DNA from: a virus
Length of the DNA stretch: 48,601 bases
IMG/VR virus record: IMGVR_UViG_3300037511_000156
Span: 1 to 48,601 of that record
Direction: 5' to 3' (one strand)
Shown here piece after piece: positions 1 to 5,455 of this stretch. Numbering within the stretch: the stretch's first letter is position 1; each line of letters starts with the position of its first letter. The notes beneath the pieces are model-generated. The model saw only the letters and a list, made by a program, of their open reading frames with translations. It was not told the origin of the DNA and did not search any database. Both the position numbers and the translations under genes were made by a program.

Positions 1-127
1 TGATTGGCCATGTACTCTTCGTCGTTCGCCAGGGTTGGGTTATCCATGATTGTAGCCGGCAGATAGAACCACCGGGCCGGTAGCGTGCCCTTTGACCACG
101 GATCGTAAACGCGTTTCTTCGGCCACA
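1..127. repeat. Terminal direct repeat, copy 1 (identical to 48475..48601); most likely the assembly overlap of a circular contig
   Basis: Bases 1-127 (tgattggccatgtactc...cttcggccaca) recur exactly at 48475-48601. A single reading frame runs through the junction. Confidence 0.95.
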
Positions 128-686
128 ACAGAGTAGGGTTTACGTTGGCCATGATGATCGGCTTCGGCATCGGGTTGATGCCCTGCGCTTCCTGTTCAGG
201 TGTGGGCTCGATCTTCCAGCGGCCAGCGCGTGTAAAGCATACATCAAGCAAACCTTCCTGCAGCTCTTCAATCTGCTCGAGCAAGAAACCGTTTACCTCC
301 AACCCTTTAAACCGGTCAAAGTTCTTGTCTTGGTTGTAGTTCTCGGCCATGAATATGATCCGGGAGCCGTTCGTAAACTCGGCAATGTGGTCCTGCTGGT
401 TGAAATTGGCCAGGAAGTTAGTAGGCACGATCCGTTTGAAAGTCTCGAGTGTAGTGCTTTTTAAAGTCGGGATAGAATCTCGGATGATCACCCATTTCGA
501 CCCGGGGTAGAACTTACAGAGCATGATAGCCGCCGCAATGCAGACGTATGACTTTCCGCCGCCCATCGCCCCGCCGTAACAAAGAAAGGTGTATTTGCCC
601 GAAAAGACCGCCTCTATAAACTCTTGTTGCTTCGGGTAAGCGCTAAATAGGACTTTCGTCTTAGAACTTGAGCTCTTGTCCGCCAA
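1..686 (-). CDS. terL: Terminase large subunit, N-terminal part (continues from 47799..48601 across the circular junction)
   Basis: The minus-strand frame is open from the window edge up to a TTG at 686, with an in-frame TAG just upstream at about 720-722. It encodes ...SGKYTFLCYGGAMGGGKSYVC (Walker A) ...NVNPTLLWPKKRVYDPWSKGTLPARWFYLPATIMDNPTLAN. That sequence is contiguous with the 47799..48521 ORF. Joined length is about 454 aa. Confidence 0.85.
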   Translation of the reverse strand, partial: MADKSSSSKTKVLFSAYPKQQEFIEAVFSGKYTFLCYGGAMGGGKSYVCIAAAIMLCKFYPGSKWVIIRDSIPTLKSTTLETFKRIVPTNFLANFNQQDHIAEFTNGSRIIFMAENYNQDKNFDRFKGLEVNGFLLEQIEELQEGLLDVCFTRAGRWKIEPTPEQEAQGINPMPKPIIMANVNPTLLWPKKRVYDPWSKGTLPARWFYLPATIMDNPTLANDEEYMAN

Positions 687-1134
687 TGTTGAATGATTGC
701 GGGTCGGGTATGGTATGCGCTATCTCTTGTTTATCCTTCCAGCGCTTCGGATCGCGGTTCTTGAGGAAGAATATAGCAGCGGCAGTATTTGGGGCTTCTT
801 CTTTGAAAGCTGTTTTTACACGGGTCTTTGGCTCATAATGCCATGTTCCGTCGCCGTGGTCTATGCGCTCTTCAATGTCTTCGTATACAACTTCTTTTGT
901 GACCAGGCCGTTAGCGCGTTTGTAAAGGCTATGAGCCACATTTGCATCCGCAATCTGCTTACCTTCGGTTAGGGACTCCGAAAATACCGGATGGTCTTTT
1001 TTCCATTCGTTGAGTGTAGACTCCGCTATGTCGAGAGCTAGACTGATTTCGGTATCGGTTAAGCCTAGTAAAGCGAGTTTAAACGCCATTTGAGGGTGAT
1101 AATCCTCTTTGAACTTGCTGGGCCGTCCTGCCAT
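661..1134 (-). CDS. terS: Terminase small subunit (HTH DNA-binding)
   Basis: 157 aa. The N-terminus MAGRPSKFKEDYHPQMAFKLALLGLTDTEISLALDIAESTLNEW is typical of a phage small-terminase HTH. The gene overlaps the terL start and sits directly upstream of it. Confidence 0.75.
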   Translation of the reverse strand: MAGRPSKFKEDYHPQMAFKLALLGLTDTEISLALDIAESTLNEWKKDHPVFSESLTEGKQIADANVAHSLYKRANGLVTKEVVYEDIEERIDHGDGTWHYEPKTRVKTAFKEEAPNTAAAIFFLKNRDPKRWKDKQEIAHTIPDPQSFNIGGQELKF

Positions 1135-1156
1135 AAGGTGTTGCCCCTCCCAGGGC

Positions 1157-1226
1157 CATAAAGAAAAAGCCTGTCTCTGTAGCCAGCGTCTACCTTGCGC
1201 AAGGGACCCAGCTTGAAAAACAGGCT
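1157..1226 (-). terminator. Long-loop hairpin with a U-run on the minus strand, upstream of terS (terminator or regulatory hairpin)
   Basis: AGCCTGT (1168-1174) pairs with ACAGGCT (1220-1226), enclosing an inner CCTTGCGCAAGG palindrome. On the minus strand the stem is followed by TTTTTCTTTAT. Confidence 0.4.
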
Positions 1227-1433
1227 AGTTAAACGATAGAATCTTTGTAAATTCTCATGCCGCGAATATAGTTATTCAAATTTCATATTCAAAATAAAAT
1301 TGACAGCTGTTTTTGGTTTATCGCGCCATCTAATTATTTCTTCGCATACTCATGTACAGAAGGCTCCAGGACTGCACTGGTGTTTCCCATTTTATGTATT
1401 CGAATTCTTTATTACAAGATGAGCATTGTGTTA

Positions 1434-1856
1434 TCATAATTTGTATTCGTTAATACCAATCCTGAAATGGGGTTTAATATCCATTTTTATTAAGTCCCTG
1501 AATCGTTGCGCTGATCCGTCGGCATCACTTAGGTATTTATGGATAAGGCCGTTAGGAAGAATGCCTTCAATTACTCGGCAATGGCACATTACATCGTAGT
1601 AATCTCTATAAGATATTACCTTTTCGCGATCACCTTTGCACAATCGGAGTTCCTGTGAAACCGTGTCTAGTACAGCACAATCATATCCCATATACCAAAT
1701 TTCGCGTATAAAGGCATCTTCGTCAGGTGCTACATTCTCGATGCCGGGCGAATAAAGTATTTTCTGATACATGGATAGGTAGGGTTTTAATCTTGAATAT
1801 GCATTCTCCAGGACATCACCAGATCGACGGTAATGTATAATTCTCCGCTTTGCCAC
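1434..1856 (-). CDS. Hypothetical protein
   Basis: 140-aa ORF. The 70-nt overlap with 1787..1969 disappears if Met29 (position 1772) is the true start. Confidence 0.55.
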   Translation of the reverse strand: MAKRRIIHYRRSGDVLENAYSRLKPYLSMYQKILYSPGIENVAPDEDAFIREIWYMGYDCAVLDTVSQELRLCKGDREKVISYRDYYDVMCHCRVIEGILPNGLIHKYLSDADGSAQRFRDLIKMDIKPHFRIGINEYKL

Positions 1857-1969
1857 CAGAAATGGCCGCTTTCGACGATGTAGCAGTTCCGGATCTCGGA
1901 GCCATCCTTTAGAAGGAGGTCCACATCTTCGCCTTTAGGGACGGGTTGAACGTTTATTGGTATCCACAT
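1787..1969 (-). CDS. Hypothetical small protein
   Basis: 60-aa ORF in the same-strand gene string. No motif recognised with confidence. Confidence 0.45.
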   Translation of the reverse strand: MWIPINVQPVPKGEDVDLLLKDGSEIRNCYIVESGHFWWQSGELYITVDLVMSWRMHIQD

Positions 1970-2027
1970 AAAATGTTACTTTTTGTAATATTAATCGCGA
2001 GAAGTGTGTCCACTTTTTGTTACGAAA

Positions 2028-2246
2028 TCACCAAATTTTAATGTTTTCTGTCTTCCTGATCCAGGCGTCGGGCCAATAAAAAGAAATCATCACGATACCT
2101 GTTTCTTCGCAAAGAAAAGATTCAGCACCCATGAAGGTAGTCTGTGTATACATTTTACTGTGTATACTACTATACAGTGCTTCGGCCATGATCTCGCCGG
2201 CGAATATCAGGAGATACCGCTCGCCTTCTATGGGTTCGTTAGCCAT
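2028..2246 (-). CDS. Hypothetical protein
   Basis: 72-aa ORF tiling with the neighbouring same-strand ORFs. Confidence 0.5.
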   Translation of the reverse strand: MANEPIEGERYLLIFAGEIMAEALYSSIHSKMYTQTTFMGAESFLCEETGIVMISFYWPDAWIRKTENIKIW

Positions 2247-2560
2247 TTGTAGTCAGGTTTAATGGATAAGATCTTATCCATTAATGCATGATCTGATGGA
2301 TTTTCGGGATGTCGCCCGAATTCTTCGAAATAGCTTTTTGTTTCACGCGCCGATAAAACCTTTTGTCCTTTTTCCAGTGTCATGGATATTTCGCCGGATT
2401 TAAATGTCCCCTCTGCGAAATTAGGCCTTGGCTTAGCCTTCTCAATGGCTTCCATTGCGGCCCATAATACCAGGCTAATTACATCCCAGACATTATCAAA
2501 GAATTTCTGATCCGTAAATGGATCGACAGAATATCGGCTTCCGTTTTGAATTACAATCAT
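2228..2560 (-). CDS. Hypothetical protein
   Basis: 110-aa ORF with a short overlap onto the downstream ORF. Confidence 0.6.
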   Translation of the reverse strand: MIVIQNGSRYSVDPFTDQKFFDNVWDVISLVLWAAMEAIEKAKPRPNFAEGTFKSGEISMTLEKGQKVLSARETKSYFEEFGRHPENPSDHALMDKILSIKPDYKWLTNP

Positions 2561-2632
2561 AGTTTTTAAAGGTTAAGGCCCGACGGTTTGCCGGGCCTGG
2601 GGGCGGGTTTAGGATGGGCTGAGCGAATGTTT

Positions 2633-2827
2633 TTAATTCCAGCGATCTTTCGAGAAGGTGTAAATGCCGGTTTCTTTCTTTGGTGATCTGACAACCGGCT
2701 CTACTTCTTCGTCATGGTCTATTTCTTCGGACTTAAACCAGGTCTTGCAAGCGAAAATTATGCCGGCAATGGCCAGGATCAGAAGCGGTACGCCTGCGAG
2801 TGTCATGAGTGCGTAATTAGGATGCAT
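2633..2827 (-). CDS. Small membrane protein
   Basis: 64 aa with one hydrophobic helix (LMTLAGVPLLILAIAGIIFAC). Confidence 0.55.
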   Translation of the reverse strand: MHPNYALMTLAGVPLLILAIAGIIFACKTWFKSEEIDHDEEVEPVVRSPKKETGIYTFSKDRWN

Positions 2828-2853
2828 ATTTCAGGGTTTTATTGTGAATCGTT

Positions 2854-3156
2854 CTATTCCCAGCCTTCGGCTATAGCCAGGGCTTTAGCAATTTCATCGT
2901 CTGATAGGAGCTTACATTTTTGTAGTACCTGTATTGTCAAAAAGCGTTCTTCATCATCGATATCGGAACTGGCTGTGTTGTTCAGAGCATCATCGAGGCA
3001 GCTGTCAACAAGATCTAAATTCCAGTCATCAAAAACCACGTGCGCGTAACCAAACGCGGGATTAATTTCACGTAATCCATTTATCATTTCCGATACTTCG
3101 GTGATGACTGTCGTAACAGGGACATCATTATAATCTGCTCTACAATTTTGACACAT
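2854..3156 (-). CDS. Hypothetical acidic protein
   Basis: 100-aa ORF. It overlaps the upstream HNH ORF end by 17 nt. Confidence 0.55.
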   Translation of the reverse strand: MCQNCRADYNDVPVTTVITEVSEMINGLREINPAFGYAHVVFDDWNLDLVDSCLDDALNNTASSDIDDEERFLTIQVLQKCKLLSDDEIAKALAIAEGWE

Positions 3157-3454
3157 GGCCTAGTTTTTTATTATGAATATCCTGTAAAAACTCCCTTTTG
3201 TCGGCTATATCGCCGTATTCGATGTGGTGCTCCCGGCACAAGGCCATCAAATTCTCGATCACGTCCTTACCCTGTATTCCGCCCATCTTCCTACTGTGTA
3301 TGTGGTGTATGTCCACCGCTCGCGCGCCGCAGATCTCGCAGGGGATGAAATCGGATACGTCATATCCGAAATGCTGCATGTAAATGCGTGTGTGTGCTTT
3401 CAAGAGGTCCGTTTGGGGCTCGAACCCAAATACAGCCGCTGACGCAGCTTGCAT
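3140..3454 (-). CDS. HNH endonuclease (true start probably Met26 at 3379)
   Basis: CEICGARAVDIHHIHSRKMGG...ENLMALCREHH is an HNH motif. The first 25 codons of the listed ORF overlap a tRNA-like structure, so the 3379 start (MQHFGYDV...) is preferred. Confidence 0.8.
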   Translation of the reverse strand: MQAASAAVFGFEPQTDLLKAHTRIYMQHFGYDVSDFIPCEICGARAVDIHHIHSRKMGGIQGKDVIENLMALCREHHIEYGDIADKREFLQDIHNKKLGHVSKL

Positions 3455-3474
3455 GCCACTCTGCCACCGGACCT
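3405..3474 (-). ncRNA. Deviant tRNA-like element A (canonical acceptor, D and T arms; abnormal anticodon arm)
   Basis: Minus strand: AGGTCCG/CGGACCT is a 7-bp acceptor. It is followed by a 3-bp D stem, GCA-GAGTGGCA-TGC, whose loop contains GG. The T arm is TTGGG-TTCGAGC-CCCAA. The anticodon position holds AGCTGC-GTCA-GCGGCT (6 bp plus a tetraloop) instead of 5 bp plus 7 nt. Confidence 0.55.
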
Positions 3475-3523
3475 ACCAATCAATCCAAACTAAATAAGCA
3501 AACTCCCGAAACGTATTATTTAA

Positions 3524-3573
3524 ACGACAGCCGGCAGGTCCAAAACTGTTTTAATCGTTTAACCGGCTGCCGT
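3524..3573 (-). terminator. 11-bp stem, long-loop hairpin after the secreted-protein gene
   Basis: Minus strand ACGGCAGCCGG (3573-3563) pairs with CCGGCTGTCGT (3534-3524). The one G.U pair would be a C.A mismatch on the plus strand. An A/T-rich tract, TTAAATAAT, follows. Confidence 0.45.
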
Positions 3574-3581
3574 TATGACTT

Positions 3582-3932
3582 TTATTCCAAAAATACTTTT
3601 ATGACTCTGCCGTTTATATAGAAAGGCCCTCCGTCTGGCTGCGTTCCGAGGCCGCAAACCTGGTATTGGTCAAGGCATATGTTATCACCGCAGAAATAAC
3701 TACTTCGAGTAGCCCAATCGCTACAGCCCTGAACAAGCATAGGCGAAACTTCAGTGCCATTTTTAAGATCGATGTATTCCGGAGAAAATTCCCGGCCGGC
3801 ATGTTCGTATCTGGCTATTGCCTTTTGTAACCCTGACTCACTTAGTGTCTGCGAGCCTTCGGAAGAACTTTGCGCCTGCGCGCCTACCACAACAAACAAC
3901 CCCACAACGAGAGTTAAAATTAACGTTTTCAC
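3582..3932 (-). CDS. Secreted small protein (signal peptide, 4 Cys)
   Basis: GTG start. The N-terminus is MKTLILTLVVGLFVVVGAQA followed by polar residues. The mature part contains four cysteines. Confidence 0.65.
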   Translation of the reverse strand: MKTLILTLVVGLFVVVGAQAQSSSEGSQTLSESGLQKAIARYEHAGREFSPEYIDLKNGTEVSPMLVQGCSDWATRSSYFCGDNICLDQYQVCGLGTQPDGGPFYINGRVIKVFLE

Positions 3933-3981
3933 GATATTTCAGGCTACTTGTATTCCGCTGCCCGGCGGGTTATGGTTTAAA

Positions 3982-4128
3982 GATGCGAGGCAGGATTCAA
4001 TACCTGCACGCCGTCTATAGTTGGAAAAGGCTTTGATATTGGAGTTCCACATCTCCTGGGGCGGCGTCACTCTGCGGCTAGGCCTGTCTTACTTCTCCAA
4101 CTTTGCGTCTTATTCCGCCACTCGCATC
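3982..4128 (-). ncRNA. tRNA-like module E1 (147 nt)
   Basis: Minus strand, in order:
- 8-bp acceptor GATGCGAG/CTCGCATC, followed by U;
- D arm GCG-GAATAAGA-CGC, resembling a class II tRNA D arm;
- 9-bp helix TTGGAGAAG/CTTTTCCAA with one G.U, capping a 62-nt insert;
- T-like hairpin GCAGG-TATTGAAT-CCTGC. Confidence 0.65.
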
Positions 4129-4140
4129 TTATATCTTAAA

Positions 4141-4293
4141 GGCGCACGGCAGGATTCGATACCTGCATTATTTTTTCAGGTTTTAAGGCCTGGGGTAAAT
4201 AGAACCTTGCCTATTTATTGCTCTATACCACCCCCGGTACCTCTCCGGGTATTTTCGAAAACGGTGGTTGCCTCCTAATCGGCCACGTGCGCC
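4141..4293 (-). ncRNA. tRNA-like module E2 (153 nt), paralog of E1
   Basis: Minus strand, in order:
- 8-bp acceptor GGCGCACG/CGTGCGCC, followed by U;
- D arm GCC-GATTAGGA-GGC;
- helix ACCACC/GGTGGT;
- hairpins CCCGG-AGAGGTA-CCGGG and TAAATAG-GCAAGGTT-CTATTTA;
- T-like hairpin GCAGG-TATCGAAT-CCTGC.
Four acceptor pairs and one D-stem pair covary with E1. Confidence 0.65.
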
Positions 4294-4872
4294 ATTAATT
4301 TCAAATAAAAGGGCGCCTAACGTGTGGCCCATGCGGCATATCCAGGCATTCTAAGCGCTATTTCGGTACCTGTATTTGCTATCCCCGTAGTGCTTTTAGT
4401 TTCAAATTAACCCCCTGACAATCGCCAGGGGGTAAGCTTTCTTGTAAAGCGGACATCAGGTTCTTCGTATAGCCCCTGCAACACTTCCCGATCTCTTATG
4501 AGGTCCACCGGGTAGACCTCGCCGCTGCTTAGTATAGAGTGAACGCGCCCTCACTCACCCTTGCGCTCTGTAAATTGCCTTCGGTATCCAAGGGTATAGA
4601 GTTAAACCTGCCGGCATTCAGAAACCCGTCTTTCCGGTTGTCAACTACAGCCAATCTGTAGCACCTTCGCCTAACTTTATTTACCGGTAGCGCCACTCGG
4701 TATGCACTTAGTTACGTCACAAATGCACGAAATACGCCCTACGCTAACCCGGCAGGTATGGGGATGTTTCACATCTTTGCCATCTCTAACGCTCAGGCCG
4801 CGTTTCTCTGTCTTTCCAGAGTGTCGGCCTATCGGACTTAACGCGTACACGTTTAACCGTCTGGCATGGTCG
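4294..4872 (-). ncRNA. Central ORF-poor, hairpin-dense domain of the structured-RNA locus
   Basis: Many stems are perfect or contain G.U only on the minus strand. Examples:
- AGGCCG..CTCTG-GAAAGA-CAGAG..CGGCCT (about 4793-4830)
- GATGT-GAA-ACATC
- CTACAG-ATTGG-CTGTAG
- GAGTGA-GGGCGCGT-TCACTC (4537-4556)
- GAGGTC-TACCCGGTG-GACCTC (4500-4520)
- CCCCCTG-GCGATTGT-CAGGGGG (4411-4432)
There is also long-range AGGGCGC (4545-4551) / GCGCCCT (4310-4316) complementarity. Confidence 0.45.
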
Positions 4873-4949
4873 TGGAGATCCAGGGAATTGAACCCCGGCG
4901 GGAATTCGCTTTGCGGATTGCGAGGCAAAAACCTTTAACCTTAATCCCC
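4873..4949 (-). ncRNA. tRNA-like module D (77 nt) with a G3.U70 acceptor stem
   Basis: Minus strand, in order:
- acceptor GGGGATT/GATCTCC with G3.U70 and discriminator A;
- no D stem (AAGGTTAAAGGTT is unpaired);
- TTTGC-CTCGCAATCC-GCAAA (10-nt loop);
- GCG-AATTCC-CGC;
- T arm CGGGG-TTCAATT-CCCTG.
The sequence CGACCA follows the discriminator. Confidence 0.6.
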
Positions 4950-4953
4950 ATGT

Positions 4954-4980
4954 GCCCCGGCTATGTTCAGTAACCGGGGC
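4954..4980 (-). ncRNA. 7-bp GC hairpin immediately 5' of module D (part of the structured locus)
   Basis: GCCCCGG (4954-4960) pairs with CCGGGGC (4974-4980), with a 13-nt loop. Further stems with 15-16 nt loops lie at 5002-5028 (AAGCTA/TAGCTT) and 5033-5060 (CCGGAG/CTCCGG). A stem with a 6-nt loop lies at 5101-5116 (GGCCG/CGGCC). Confidence 0.45.
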
Positions 4981-5128
4981 GAACCTTTACATACTACAAG
5001 AAAGCTAGAACCGCCTGTCCTTTAGCTTAGCGCCGGAGAAGACCCTACATCAAACTCCGGCTGTAGCCGTTTATCGATGGCAAAACGCCGCATGCTTAAT
5101 GGCCGCGCGGACGGCCGGAACCCTACTA

Positions 5129-5275
5129 CTAAGATTCTATAAACTTTACGCCGTCTATTTCGACAGCGCTCAGTTTGCCTTCACGGATGAGTTTATAAAC
5201 CCACTCGCGACTCTTCTTTATCTTGTAACTGTAATTCGCAACAGTTAGCAAATTCTTTGTTTCTACCCTTGCCAT
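5129..5275 (-). CDS. Small HTH DNA-binding protein (excisionase/AlpA/MerR-like), 48 aa; below the ORF-track cutoff
   Basis: Manual translation: MARVETKNLLTVANYSYKIKKSREWVYKLIREGKLSAVEIDGVKFIES*. The pattern is typical of Xis-type winged HTH proteins. It is the first gene of the leftward unit. Confidence 0.55.
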   Translation of the reverse strand: MARVETKNLLTVANYSYKIKKSREWVYKLIREGKLSAVEIDGVKFIES

Positions 5276-5455
5276 TTACATGTGCTTTGCGTTTTTTGTT
5301 TCGCGTTAAAGTGATACAAACATAGTCCACAGATTCACACTATGCAAGTGATTCCCAAAAAATATTTTTTAGAATTTATTTTTCAAATATTTTTCAGTCA
5401 GGTATTGACAAGTTCACAGTTATGTATTTACTTTGTTTCATCAACAAAACGAAAT
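5276..5455. promoter_or_regulatory. Divergent AT-rich control region between the leftward and rightward units
   Basis: 180 nt without a credible ORF. TTGACA lies at 5405-5410, followed by TATTTACTTTG at 5425-5435, about 20 nt before the ATG at 5456. T/A runs lie at 5355-5400. Confidence 0.35.

Noticed and set aside
1-127. The 127-bp terminal repeat as a biological direct terminal repeat or cos region.
   Set aside because: It lies inside the terL coding sequence, and its exact length and identity fit an assembler overlap. True termini need read-level analysis.
3380-3454. N-terminal 25 codons of the listed HNH ORF.
   Set aside because: They overlap the T arm and acceptor of tRNA-like element A. 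The HNH domain starts right after Met26, so the shorter ORF is preferred.
4149-4180. GCAGGATTCGATACCTGC followed by ATTATTTTTT, as a plus-strand intrinsic terminator.
   Set aside because: No plus-strand gene lies upstream. The same hairpin in E1 (3990-4007) has no T-run. The hairpin is positioned exactly like a T arm next to a covarying acceptor helix on the minus strand.
3754-4278. Plus-strand ORFs 3754..4020, 3818..4036 and 4021..4278 from the ORF track.
   Set aside because: They overlap each other and the minus-strand secreted-protein gene. They are rich in Arg, Cys and Pro and have no coupled neighbours. They coincide with the base-paired tRNA-like modules E1 and E2. They are treated as translation artefacts of structured non-coding sequence.
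3982-4293. E1/E2 as miniature inverted-repeat transposable elements (8-bp terminal inverted repeats, TTAA-like flanks).
   Set aside because: The termini of the two copies differ at half of their positions but keep perfect complementarity. That fits RNA-helix covariation, not a shared transposase-binding TIR. The internal D-like and T-like arms also match tRNA geometry.
4515-4532. Plus-strand GAC CTC GCC GCT GCT TAG (D-L-A-A-A-stop), which resembles a tmRNA tag ending.
   Set aside because: It is on the strand opposite all the tRNA-like arms and the G.U-supported stems. No resume-codon context or plus-strand tRNA-like domain was found. Likely coincidence.
4677-4938. ORFs 4677..4928 (-) and 4702..4938 (+) inside the structured locus.
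   Set aside because: They are antisense to each other, have low-complexity R/H/C/P-rich compositions and overlap tRNA-like module D. There is no start context or coupling like the real genes of this phage.
4873-4949. Module D as a phage-encoded tmRNA (G3.U70, A discriminator, D-loop analog, nearby ACCA).
   Set aside because: It is only 77 nt between the acceptor strands. There is no room for a tag reading frame or pseudoknots. I could not find a permuted arrangement with a separate coding piece. It is kept as a tRNA-like ncRNA instead.
3405-4949. The tRNA-like sequences as attP cores (phage copies of the 3' part of a host tRNA gene).
   Set aside because: No integrase or recombinase gene is present anywhere in the 48.5-kb genome. 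The elements are full-length cloverleaf-like units rather than 3' fragments. This cannot be fully excluded without host sequence.
5342-5455. First 38 codons of ORF 5342..5677.
   Set aside because: The F/I/L-rich translation comes from an AT-rich promoter-like region containing TTGACA. The internal ATG at 5456 is preferred.
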